This document shows, in pieces, positions 1 through 11,230 of a stretch of 64,000 nucleotides of DNA (positions within the stretch are counted from its first letter, which is position 1; each line of letters starts with the position of its first letter). The notes under the pieces were generated by a model. The model did not search any database. It was not told the DNA's origin and was given only the letters and a program-made list of their open reading frames with translations. Made by a program: the position numbers and the translations under genes. The DNA comes from Fistulifera solaris (lineage: Eukaryota), in assembly GCA_030295235.1 (NCBI GenBank), contig AP026145.1, positions 620,001 through 684,000 on the forward strand, in the 5' to 3' direction.

Positions 1-1981
1 ATCTGGATCGTTTCGTTCGGACCGGAAAGGACAAAGGCCGAAGTCTCGTTCCAAATTGGATTCTTACTCTTGTAACACGTCTTGGTCCTCCAGGAATTAT
101 TTGGATTAGATCCCACTTGTATCTTGAGATAGGCATTCGACATGTGCGATTCTTGTAATAAATGCTTGTGGTACTTGAAGTCACGTCCTTGAACAGCAGT
201 CAATTTCAAAATGTCAGCATCTTTGTCCGATTTAGGTTTCGTCGTCGTGTTTCCGGTCGTATTCGTATTCGCAGTCGCCTGAGGAGCGTTAGAAACCATC
301 CCTGCCTCGGAGGTCTTGACGACTTTGCCCTTAATTGTTGATTCCGACGAGAGAACAGCCGAAGTGGGATTCGCCGTTTGCAAGTCGATGCCATGCAACG
401 AAATGCGGTAGCGCAACGCTGTCCCACCACTTCCGACTGGATGCGTTTCGTTGATGGTAGTATCTGCCGCACGCTCTAAGGCAGAATAAGGAAGGTTGAT
501 TTCACCCAACAATGTTTCCTCTGGTGCCTTTAAAAGGTTTTCTTGGTAGCACTTGTAGAGTGTCAACGTTATGTCTTTTCCACCTCCCTCCGAAAATGCC
601 TTGGTGGAGATCGGGATATGGAACGCCGTGTTGTAGTGTGGATTGGTACCTGGCAATAACAACGTTTCGAATTTCTCGTCACCATATTGGACACGGACTT
701 TGGAGGTGACATGCATTCCTTCCATTGCCTCCAAAGGTACACAGAAAGCATGATCAATCAAGACGATGATAAGGCCACCCATGGTCTCACTCGAAGGTGA
801 TTGCGCGGTTAGACTTGAAACTTCTTTGACGAAGGGGATCAGATCGCACCGAATCGTAATTTTCGAACCGGTCGGACTTCCGTTCTTGCCGATCAAAGCA
901 AGCTTCACGGTACGATTTTGGGCTGCCAGTAGTAGTTCGCGAACCGTTATTTCAGCCTTTCCAAGGTCGTCGTCTGAATCCAACGCGCCATTGCTCTCAT
1001 CCCATGCCTGCAAGAATATGGATTGACCAAAGTCATACAACAGGAAATCGAAGAACTCGTCGCGATCCCAGACAGGATTGTTGTTGTCCCAAACAGTTCG
1101 ACTTCGAAGAGGTTTGGACGCACCGAGTGCGATTTTGCAAAACACGTCGGGCACATCGTCTTCACCAAGTACACGGGGTGCATCGACAAACCCTTCACCG
1201 CGCAAAAGTGTCACACGGAAAACACTGATCGGTGGCCGATATATATTGAAGTAGTCGCAATCTGGGTCGACTTTGGCAGCAACATAAGAATAAGGAGCTA
1301 CCACGATATCCTTCAGAGCCGCTCCTATGCCAGCCAAAATCTTGTTCTTGATCAGTTGTATGTCAGCGATTTCAGCTAAGCCAGTGAAATTCATTTGCAG
1401 TTTCGGCGGATCGATGAAAAGAACTGCGCCGCTGATACGCAGGGCAACACTTTCGTCAGGGGTTTCAACACAACCGCGATTCTACCGTCAAGCTCAATTC
1501 TGTCCACGCCCACAGATCCAACGTAACTAGCTTTCAGCGAAATCCTACGGTTTGTAACGTAATTAACATCCATGTCAAATTGCAGAAAGCCATTCTTCAA
1601 ATCATGCACAGTCGCTTGTCCCAACACAAAATTCTCAATACCAAGATCCAACTCCGTGAACCGAAGTGTAGTCAAAGGACCAGGGAGATCTCGAAGCATT
1701 GGTTCTACAGTAGCTCGAATGGCGTTACAGATAGCAGGATTCAAGTAAGGCCACAGCTGCTTCACAATGCATACGATCAAATCACGGCGCGGTTCCCTTT
1801 TCTCATCGACAGTATCATCCCGTGTCGAAATAGAAGTATCGTCGCGTGTTCTGATAGACGGTGTCGCCGCCTCGTCTCTTTTATTCATAGTCTGTTGTCG
1901 CATTGCAATAGCAGTCACTGCAGAACCGACTGCCATGCCGGCAATGCCGCAAAACACAATGAAGAATATCATGATTATCAT
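1..1981 (-). CDS. Extended synaptotagmin-like protein (N-terminal TM, SMP domain, multiple C2 domains); 3' end runs off the window
   Basis: ORF 1391-2002 gives a TM helix plus SMP-like 'VKQLWPYLNPAIC...VEPML...LRFTELDLG'. After a 1-nt shift near 1418 my manual translation continues FIDPPKLQMNFTGLAEIAD...DVPDVFCKIALG...NNNPVW...QAWDE...DDDLGKA (C2) and ...YLKIQVG...SKNPIWNE (C2), open to position 1. Confidence 0.8.
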
Positions 1982-2216
1982 ATCCTCGTGCACCTTTGGC
2001 AAAATTGAACAGAGAATAATGAAATTGATGCTGGGTGTTCTCTAGTCCTGCTTGGTTCGAAGCATCGAAATGTCGAAAAAGATCATCATCGAAACATCGA
2101 TTTGTCAAAAATAAGAACGCTGAGCGCAGAAACATCACTTTCTACCTACTCTTTACTCTTCAGGTGTTCGCACGCCGAGTACGCCATATAAATAAATGTC
2201 CACAATGAAACTTCCT

Positions 2217-3606
2217 TTATTCCGCAGGAATAGCCTTCAGTTTTGTTTCAATGAATAGTCCAAACTCGTCGTCACCTCCTACCGAACGCCAAATATCCCA
2301 CGGTGAGTGACCACCGTTGTCGGGTTGTGAAGCCGAACGCAGTTCCGACGTTGATAACCCCGCTCCGCCTTCTTCAATAGATTGCAACAACCATTCTACA
2401 ATAGCCCGATTTAGTCTCTGATATGATGGAGCTGTAAGAATTCCCTTTCAACGTGAAGCACCTAACATTCCGCACGCAACATCAGACTCACCTGAGCAGC
2501 CTTGTGCAAGGGACTATGGCCTTGTTTTTGAACCGCAACAAAAGATACTCCTACTTCTGCTTTTAGGAACTCACAAAAACGAATCACTTCTTTGATCGAG
2601 TCGTTTTTTGTCATTGCCACCAATGAGCTGGGGAACAATTCCAGTCATTACTGATGTGAGCCACTCGGTCGCCTCCTTTACGCAATAAATACTTTGCAAC
2701 GTCCAGATGCGCTCCAAAGCACGCCAAATGGAAGGGTGTAGTCCCATCACCCGATGCCAAGTTAATTTCGTAGTCGCATTCTTCAACGAGATATTGAATG
2801 CACGGTAAATGCCCGTTCCGAGCGGCGTAATGAAGCGCGGTTTTCCCATCGCGTCGTCGCATTTTATTACGGTGGTGTGATGTTTCCTCCACTAAATACT
2901 CCTGTTGCTTGGTAACGATCCATTGAAGACACAACAGATGCCCACTTCCGGCCGCCCAGTGTTCTGCCGTCGACAAATGTCGGTCACGAGTATGCAGCAG
3001 AGCAATGACACTCGCTTTGCCTCCACTTTTCTTGGCTTCCTCGTACATTTTTTCTAAGATTGACAATGTCCCTTCGGCAGCCGCACGCAAAAATTCGGGC
3101 AGACTCTCTCGATAGTCTTTGGATTTGCTGCCATTTCGATCCAGTCCGGCAGGCACCATGTGTACATTCGTTGTAGAGTTGGTTGGTATCACCGAAAGGA
3201 CCCCGTCGGCACACAATACTGCTTGAGCTTCGATTTCTGTAATAATTTTCAATACTTTTTGGTTCCATTCGTCTATTTGTTGTTCGGTCGGTATCCATTC
3301 GTCGTTTGTTTCCTTTGTATCTGAGATAAACGAAGATGACGCTTGGTCGCGTCGAGCGGCTTCGGCGGACGATCTCTGTTCCAGTCGTCGTCGCTTTTTC
3401 CGCTCGACTTTCCCTGGTTTCCACGGTGTATGCACGGCATGTAAATGTGCCGCAATTCCTCTCCCTAACGCAAATTTCTTCTGCGAATGCCGGCCACAGA
3501 GAGGACACGTCGTCCATCCGGTGGAGGCGCCGCGTCCCGAAGACGCCGACGATTCGGACAAACGGCTCAAAACATCGGCTTTGCGCTTTTTAAATGGGTC
3601 TGACAT
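2217..3606 (-). CDS. Ankyrin-repeat protein with N-terminal C2H2-type zinc finger
   Basis: CPLC...HLHAVH finger; ankyrin motifs TAEHWAA, TALHYAARNGH, TPFHLAC, SPLHKAA; frameshift near 2620; GT-AG intron ~2420-2492; last exon ends ...KAIPAE* at 2217. Confidence 0.8.
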
Positions 3607-3933
3607 GTCAAAATTGATCAAGCAATAATGATTGCGAACGCTGCTGATGAGAGTTGATCAGTTGTTATCGCGAAGGAAAGAATTGAAAATGAATGGAAAT
3701 GCATGATGAGGGCGCAGAGCAGAGGAAAACGAGCGTCGTCGTCCGTAAGCGATTGCCAACTCGTATGTACTGAACGTCTACTGCTACCGGTGCGCCACTT
3801 CCAGATGAAAATCTACTATATGCTAAAGTGTACGTGTGACGTGGATCGGCAGTCGGCACTCAGCACACACACATCGAAACTTTTCGTTGAATCTTTTCTC
3901 ATTGTATCGTTGACTGCCCTGCAAAGAGTTCAA

Positions 3934-5020
3934 ATGAGACGTTCTACAATTCTTTTCATGTCGTTGTATTGACCAATCTGTTGCAGAGACAACTGGCTTT
4001 CGAGTTCCGAGATGCGCTTTCCCGACGATCCTTGCTTTATGAAGGATTTACCGTCGCAGCGTTATGTCCACAGTTTGCCGTCGCAGCAACGACCGAGAAA
4101 CCTCTTCTTCCGGGAGGAAGGGCCCCACAAAATATACAAATAAAAGGCGAATGGAATGATATGCCCCTTTTGCAGACGAAATTGGCGCAAAGTCGAATAG
4201 GACAATTGGACTTATCTCCTCTGCAACAACCTTTCTTGGGAGCCACCGAATTGTACTATGCACCGTTTCTATTCGGATCCTGGAACACCACCGCGACACT
4301 CAAACGAAAGATATATCCGTTTGGTCTTAATTATGTACCATCGAACTCGTTAATCGAAGGTTCGCCTCGGTATCGTGAAGAAACAGTAGGAGATCGGTGT
4401 TCGTACGAAGTGCACTACTTTTCGACGATTGCTAAAACAATGGCCAATCAAGCGACCGTGAATCTCGGTTTGGGGATTCCCGAAACCAAAATCATTCAAG
4501 ACCGTGCCTTCAATTCGGTGTCCCTGTCGGCTGCCTACAACCAATTATCTCCGGTCACAGACGTGGTTTGGGACTATCGCAACGATCCCACCAAAGTGTT
4601 ACTGACACTGTCGTCATTATCGGCCGATATGAGACCACTGGGTCCACGACGAGCCGAAATTTTCTTACAAGCGCGACAAGCCGAATCCCTTGGTGACGAC
4701 GTCTTTTGCAGTGCGGAAAAAGTCGCGCCGTCACCATTGCCGGTCGTGACGTAGTCGTTTCCGAAACGGAAACCATTACGGAATTTCGCCAAGTTGATCG
4801 CGATCACGTATCGGCTATCAGTCGCATTGCTGTTTATTTGACGCCGAATCCCAATAGTCGGGAAGGTATTTTGTGGCAACAAACCGAAGGAAAGGCCATT
4901 GCGTTCTTTGACTACGAGTTGGAGATGCAACGACTCAAAGAAGACGTCCCGATGGCCAATGGAAAGGTGGAACGGCGAGCGTGTGTAAGAACCCCCAAAG
5001 ATGTAATTCAGTGTGACTAA
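3934..5020 (+). CDS. Plastid (probably thylakoid-lumen) DUF6816-like protein
   Basis: Signal peptide ending LAF (needs one extra T in the run near 3955), twin-arginine SRRSLL...AVA, then LYY.PF.FGSW, IQDRAFN, ETETITEF, IAVYLTP, FFDYEL as I recall in cyanobacterial/plant DUF6816; second frameshift near 4717. Confidence 0.6.
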
Positions 5021-5644
5021 TATCGCGACCAGAATGAATAAATAGCACGTTGAATGTATATAAAGTTGCTGTTTTGAATGATAATTCTTTTCCTGAGATG
5101 TGCGCTATCGAAAACCCATGGCTGAAGTCACAACGACAAATCATTTCCAACAACGAACATGCATTCACACTAGTTGACATTATCGCACAAAAATGTTTTC
5201 GTAATTTAGGAGTGATTCCATAACAGCTCTTTTGATAACGAAAAATATTATTGAGCTGAATGTTAGGCGAGAACAAAGAATGTGGGTGGGAAAAAATGTG
5301 GTCAAGAAGTTGTGGGTGTCTAAAAGCCATTTTCTTGGCATTAGCGTATCAGTATGTCTAAAGAGTAGTCTGTCAACTACTTTTCTAATATAGGCTTTTG
5401 TGAAGTGAAAAGAACGATTTTTGTGGTCAATAAGTTGGGGGTGTCGTAATGTCAGGAAATTTTGGCCCTCCCGTTAACTCGCAAACCGGTATTGCACAGT
5501 ATAAGGCGTAAGGCAGAGCGAACGAAAAACTTGTTACCGGACATGTTTGTAATAAATTCATTCACATCGTTTAATATAAGGTTACAATGCAATCCAACTA
5601 GGTCTTGGACAAATCATATCAAATGAAGTGAATGAACTAAGGCA

Positions 5645-7303
5645 ATGAGACGAAGCCTGAGCACCAATTTTGCGAGTAAGATAATTTGGGTCGTGTGCTT
5701 GCTTTTTCTGATCGGACCTACCAAAGGCTTTGCGACTTGCGGTTTCCCTCATTATTATTTAGCCGTTCATCGACCCATACGATGGCGAGCCTTCGGTTGC
5801 TGTGGCCCTTTTCAAAGTGTTTTGTTTGCGAATGTGTCGAAAAAACAACGCAAACCGCTAAAGAATGAAGATGAATACGACAACGAGCTTTATGTTGAAG
5901 CACTCGATCTTGACGCGGAAGATACCGAAACCGAAATTGTCGAAATCACGGATGAGAACGATATCCACGATGACGAAGAATATTCTCCATTATCAAAGGC
6001 CGAAATTGTTTCTCTCGAAACCTTGAATGCCGCAGGCTTGCCTGGTGTTTCCTATTTCTACCTGCGAAATGAATTGGGCTTGTCGGAAGAAGCCATGTGG
6101 CGCATCACGTATCAAGCCAGTTCGGCTCTCGGCATGACGGCAAAAACCGTCCGAACGAAAGTCGAAGTTTTGCGACAACGCATGTCTTTGAGTGACAAAG
6201 ACATTCGATCGATACTGGAACGGCAACCCACTATCCTTCATTTGCATGCTGAACGGAATATTGGGATGAAATTGGATTTTTTGACACAAGAGCTCGATGC
6301 CGACACACAGAGTCTCCGTGAGTTGGTACTGGCCGCTCCTTCTCTGATCAACTATTCCGATACCAACCTGGCGCGAAAAGTGAGATTCTTTACTAAGCAT
6401 CTGGGTTTTACAATGGAGGAATGTCGCCACCTTTGGACGGCCGAGCCAAAATTGGTGTATGCTGGAGTTCAATCAGGTTTGATTCCACGGATGAAGTTCT
6501 TCTTGAACGAGCTGAGATTGAGAAAAGACCAGCTTCGGGGTATTATCAAGAAGAATCCACGCTTGTTACTTTACAGTGTCGACATGAATCTAATTCCCAA
6601 GCTTGTTTTTCATTTGATCCTGACATTGAACATGGAACCATCCAAAGTTCGAAAAATTATAATTTCGTATCCCAACTACTTGGACTACAATCTCGATGAA
6701 CATATTTTGCCCATCACGCGTTACTTCATTCAAGACCTCGAATACAGTTCGAACGAATTCAGTGTCATTCTGTACAAATTTCCCCGCGTCATGACCAATT
6801 CGTTGCGTCGCATCAAATCTGTTGTCGGCTACTTGCGCTACCAAGTCGGCTTATCGGGGACCCAAGTCAAGCGCCTTCTGTATCAATCACCGCAAATTGT
6901 GAGTCTCCGTAACGAGCACCTACACCAACAGATCGAATCGTTGCAACTGTTATTCGATCTTTCCGACGAAGAAGTGACCCGCGTGATGGTTGCCATGCCG
7001 ACGCTGTTGGTTCTGAGTGTTTCTAAAAATTTGGAGCCCAAGCGTACGTACCTGTTCGAAGCTTTTGGCGACGATCGAGCTGCGGTAAAAGCGGCGGTAC
7101 TTCGATTGCCAACCTTATTGGGATACTCGTTGGAGAAAAGGATCCGACCAAGGGTCGAGGCGATCCTGGAAAGAAAATTAGATCCATCGATCATTACTGT
7201 TGGAATACCTATGACACAAGACAATTTTGATGTTTGGTTAATGCGCAAGACAAACAAGATGGAATTAAAGGCGCTCAGTATGGCAAAATCAAGAGCAACT
7301 TGA
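5645..7303 (+). CDS. mTERF-family protein, probably plastid-targeted
   Basis: 552-aa intact ORF with repeated mTERF motifs (PTILHL, PSLINYS, PRLLLYSVDMNLIPK, PTLLGYSLEKRIRPR); hydrophobic signal ending KGF. Confidence 0.9.
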   Translation: MRRSLSTNFASKIIWVVCLLFLIGPTKGFATCGFPHYYLAVHRPIRWRAFGCCGPFQSVLFANVSKKQRKPLKNEDEYDNELYVEALDLDAEDTETEIVEITDENDIHDDEEYSPLSKAEIVSLETLNAAGLPGVSYFYLRNELGLSEEAMWRITYQASSALGMTAKTVRTKVEVLRQRMSLSDKDIRSILERQPTILHLHAERNIGMKLDFLTQELDADTQSLRELVLAAPSLINYSDTNLARKVRFFTKHLGFTMEECRHLWTAEPKLVYAGVQSGLIPRMKFFLNELRLRKDQLRGIIKKNPRLLLYSVDMNLIPKLVFHLILTLNMEPSKVRKIIISYPNYLDYNLDEHILPITRYFIQDLEYSSNEFSVILYKFPRVMTNSLRRIKSVVGYLRYQVGLSGTQVKRLLYQSPQIVSLRNEHLHQQIESLQLLFDLSDEEVTRVMVAMPTLLVLSVSKNLEPKRTYLFEAFGDDRAAVKAAVLRLPTLLGYSLEKRIRPRVEAILERKLDPSIITVGIPMTQDNFDVWLMRKTNKMELKALSMAKSRAT

Positions 7304-7846
7304 ATGCAGTTGTTTCTCTGCCAGAGGAATAAGTTGCACCGGAACGCAATTAAGCAAAAATGCTTTAACCGCGGTCCGATCAAATGCTGCGACATTGCTT
7401 GAGGGGAAAGTGGTACTTGGTTTCTGAATCGACATGGACAAGATATCTTGTTGGAAAAGTATAAAAGTCTGTGCTTCTAGCTATTCTACTGGGGTCTAGC
7501 CCGTGACCTCAACAGTCTCCGTACCTGATATAGTTTAATCACGGACGCTTCGACATCGGAATGAGGAGCAATGAAGTCGTTTAGCTATCTTAAACCGTTA
7601 TTAAAACGGTAATCGATATACCTGGAGACCAGTCATGTCGCAACGTAGAAAATGCAAAGTGTGACAAAGGCTTAAGTAGACAACAATTAGACCTATTGAG
7701 TAAAAGGTGAAGAAATTTATTACAGTTGATGCTGATGGTCAATGCATTGTGATGACGACAAATCATGCTTTGTTGAGTATGAGATTGAGCGAAGGTAAAC
7801 GAAATCAGACTTAGCAATTTATAACCTAGATCGACGGAAAATAAAT

Positions 7847-8110
7847 TCATGACTGAAATCCAGTCGTGTATACTTTGTCTAACAATTGGGGTTCATACTA
7901 ACGAATGAAGTGTTTGATTTACAAACCAGTCACTATCATGAACTGATTTATGCATCGCAAAGGCTGCGGAAACATTGCATTGCGAGCTAGCAAATCCGGC
8001 TGAGTGAACCAGGACAACGCGCTTCGAAATATCAGCCTTGCTTGAAGAATATTGACTCATGACTGAAATGCAGTCGTGATAAAGGTCATCTTCACTTTGA
8101 GTCTATAGTA
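7847..8110 (+). repeat. Dispersed hairpin element, doublet (copies at 7847 and 8057)
   Basis: tcatgactgaaatccagtcgtg at 7847 and tcatgactgaaatgcagtcgtg...cactttgagtctatagta at 8057-8110; the whole block aligns by eye with 12433-12697. Confidence 0.85.
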
Positions 8111-8292
8111 AATTACGCTGCAGACAAACTAAATGCGTTGCGATGCTTTTTTTTTGTTTTGTTGCGATCCTTCTGTCTATTTATCATTGTTGTTATTGTT
8201 TATAAACCACGCACAAAAAAATTTATTCAGCGCATCGAATCTGCTGTAAAAGCGCGTTATCACATGTTCTCAAGGGAACGAATATCCGCACA

Positions 8293-9735
8293 ATGACACA
8301 AACAGCTTCCACCGAACTCCCTCTCGTCGAATTCACTCTCGCTCGTCCTTACGCCCGCATCGGAGGTGTGGCGGTGGGAATGATTCGTATCTCCGACGAC
8401 CACACAAATGGACCCAGTCTCCGGAAAGATATTGAATCCTTCGAACTGCTCTTGTCAGCACACTGTCGGTTGGATGCACGATGGCACGGTCGTTTGCCGT
8501 TAGACGACAATAAACTCTGGGACGATTGGCCGTCACAACCCAACACCATTTGTATATGGACGTCGAATCGACTCGATTTGATGAACCTACAAGAGCGAGA
8601 ATGGGATTCGTGGCAAGAAGTCCGACCGAAACCCTTTACGTGGCCGGGACGCAAAGTCGGTCCGCATACGCCTCCCCCCGAAATGGATGTCGTCTTGGAA
8701 GATAAGCATCTGGCCTTCACCTTTCGTTTTGATATACCTATTGATCAGAATTTACCACCGACACTTGCAGCGACATCGTGTCGATACTATTATACTATAC
8801 TGGCTCGTTTGCAAACAAAAGAACTCGTTCTATGGTTTCAGATCCCAATACAGGTATTGACAGCGAGTCCTTTATACACGGAACCCCATTCACAAGACGA
8901 AGAATCGGTATTACAAGCCATGGCGCATTCATCGGGACTACCGGCGGGCGAAATGTCAATGAGTCAACTGTATCCCATTGAGGGGCGAATTACGGTACAC
9001 GATCAACAAAGTGCAGCATTCGGGCAACACACGTATCTTCGCATTCCGTCCCGACCAATGGTGCAAAGCATGCGCGTCACCGATCCGCTAACCGATCGAC
9101 CCGTCTGTATCATTACGTTCATGGGAGCATCCGTACTGCATCCGGGTAGCCGTATGGTGGTGAAACTCGATTTCCCCAAACGGTTCGACGATCGTAGTCG
9201 TGACTGGATGCCCGTGTTTCAAGTCAGCGCCTGTCTGGATGGGGAAGAAACAACCATTCGTTTTCGGGATGGACAACGAACGCGTGCTCGTGCGTATCTC
9301 TTCGATACCGCACACGAAGGACCCTTCGATCCCGAATGTGTCGAATCGATCAGTTTAAATCTCATCCTGCCGCTCGATGCGCCCGTCACAGTAAAAACGG
9401 ATCATGTTGAAGTCAACATTCGCTGTGTGGTGGATATTGTTGTCGGAGAAGACTATCGCAATTTACGTTTGGAATTCCCCTGTGAAGTGGTTCACCCGCT
9501 CAGTGCGTGGGAAATGAAGCTGATGGATGAAAATGAAACGTTGGATTTATGGGAAATCGATTACAGCGACTACAGTCCTACGGATCCTTCCTGGTTTCCC
9601 GTGGTGGATATTGGCGAAGAATTGAATATATTGTCGCTACACTTGGCGGACCGCTGTCAAATACGCCCCTACAAGACGTATGCTTCGTATCACAAAGAAT
9701 CGGAGCACGAAGCGCAGTCAAGTGATAATCTCTAA
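8293..9735 (+). CDS. Rgp1-like (RAB6A GEF complex subunit / arrestin-fold) protein
   Basis: 480-aa intact ORF; 'FRFDIP..LPPT....CRYYYTI' and C-terminal 'LILPLDAPVTVKTDHV' resemble the Rgp1 family. Confidence 0.6.
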   Translation: MTQTASTELPLVEFTLARPYARIGGVAVGMIRISDDHTNGPSLRKDIESFELLLSAHCRLDARWHGRLPLDDNKLWDDWPSQPNTICIWTSNRLDLMNLQEREWDSWQEVRPKPFTWPGRKVGPHTPPPEMDVVLEDKHLAFTFRFDIPIDQNLPPTLAATSCRYYYTILARLQTKELVLWFQIPIQVLTASPLYTEPHSQDEESVLQAMAHSSGLPAGEMSMSQLYPIEGRITVHDQQSAAFGQHTYLRIPSRPMVQSMRVTDPLTDRPVCIITFMGASVLHPGSRMVVKLDFPKRFDDRSRDWMPVFQVSACLDGEETTIRFRDGQRTRARAYLFDTAHEGPFDPECVESISLNLILPLDAPVTVKTDHVEVNIRCVVDIVVGEDYRNLRLEFPCEVVHPLSAWEMKLMDENETLDLWEIDYSDYSPTDPSWFPVVDIGEELNILSLHLADRCQIRPYKTYASYHKESEHEAQSSDNL

Positions 9736-9744
9736 CGACTTATG

Positions 9745-10266
9745 TTATTTCTTGCTAGCTCGCAATGCTGGTACGGTGAATTTGTAAGGAACTCCTTCAT
9801 TTTGCACCGTTCGTATGACAAAGGCGGGACTACTCCAACCTCCTGGTTGTTCGATGGGGTAACCCTCTCCAACACGAATCGCCCCCGACTTGCCTTTGAA
9901 TGTCACGTACGCCGCGTCACCGTTTGGGGCTAAAAATTCCACAAACTCCACTTCTCCGGCTTTGAGACGCTGTACAAAGTCCAGATAAGGGATTGATGGT
10001 TCATCAATGTCGGAAGCTTTCAAGCCACCGAAATCGTTTCCTCGGTAATTGAAAATCAGTCCATTGAATGGTGTGATGGGAGTCCCTCGGACTTCGGCAC
10101 CGGTATCCGCCATCGCGGGTGTCACGAATGCAGCGGCGAAAGTGAGTCCTTGCCCGATGAGGGCGCGTCGAGATACCACCAGAGGCTCACTCTTCTGTGA
10201 GAATGCCGATACTTGCATTTTGGGTAAAGAGGCAAACGCTAAAAGTAGTGACACAAACCGTATCAT
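9745..10266 (-). CDS. Small plastid thylakoid-lumen protein resembling the FtsH N-terminal lumenal domain
   Basis: Signal peptide + VSAF, Tat motif SRRALIG...PAMA; mature part has 'IPYLDFVQRLKAGEVEFVEF'. Confidence 0.7.
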   Translation of the reverse strand: MIRFVSLLLAFASLPKMQVSAFSQKSEPLVVSRRALIGQGLTFAAAFVTPAMADTGAEVRGTPITPFNGLIFNYRGNDFGGLKASDIDEPSIPYLDFVQRLKAGEVEFVEFLAPNGDAAYVTFKGKSGAIRVGEGYPIEQPGGWSSPAFVIRTVQNEGVPYKFTVPALRASKK

Positions 10267-10613
10267 TACGTCAGGTGGTTTTAACTTCGATAAAGGAGAT
10301 CAAAAGTAGTGCAAAAGCGAACAATCCTGTATCTGAAAACGACAAAGAGATTCAATAATGAGAAATTGGTGCTGGCGCGTCGATCTTTGAGTTCTCTAGA
10401 GTTCGAAGGAGAATGTGTGTCGATGGCATCGATTTCACGACCAGATTCCTCGCAAAGCTGTGCGGTCAAAGGCACAGAGACCTTATTCGTTAATAAAGGG
10501 ACCATGTTCACTTACCTATATTGTCTTTAATTGCACTATGATAAGGATCAAAGTTTGAAGGATGATCGAGATAAAGCACACGTCGCACGACGCGATCTTT
10601 AACTCGTTCGCAC

Positions 10614-10738
10614 GTGACTGAAAAGCAGTCGTAAAATGTACATTTAGAGGCTATAGTAATAATTACTATACCCCTCAACAGTTAGTTTACGCAACCACGA
10701 ACCACGACCAGTGACTGAACTTCAGTCATGAGTCATGA
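10614..10738. repeat. Two hairpin-element copies in inverted, tail-to-tail arrangement
   Basis: + copy gtgactgaaaagcagtcgt...gctatagta (10614-10658); - copy 10664-10738; junction palindrome tatagtaataattactata. Confidence 0.65.
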
Positions 10739-11230
10739 AGCATTCACAAGCATCTTTTCCGCCTTAAAGATGCTTGTACAGCTATCTTCCTATCAATGGC
10801 ATTGAATGTGCTAAGATCAATGTATCGATAATTTGCGGCGAAAGTTACCAGACGGTTCTCTTTCATGGTTTCTATTGCCCCAGTTAATTTATAGCCTCGC
10901 GATTTAATGACGTAGCGTCTTTTTTGGAAGCTTCTCCAATTCTGGAGCGCCAAGTTCGAGTAAGTGGTACCAAATAGACATCAGCGGTGTTTCAATTGAT
11001 ACTAGGAAGGCACTTAAGGATCCTCTTCGCCTCCTGCATCTCAGAGGCAGAAACTCTCACGATTTCGCGGTGATAACACCGAATGACCTAATACCTAGCG
11101 CTTCATCACTGAGCACGCACCAAGAGTCGATTGCGGGATTGACAAACGCAGTCTCGTCAATACATTGCTTTTGAATGAAATTAGAGCAGCATCCGTCGAT
11201 TGGGTGTCGACCCATAATAATCACAATAGT

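Noticed and set aside
10744..11160. Possible decayed coding or TE remnant
   Set aside because: No recognisable motif in the frames I read; cannot support a call
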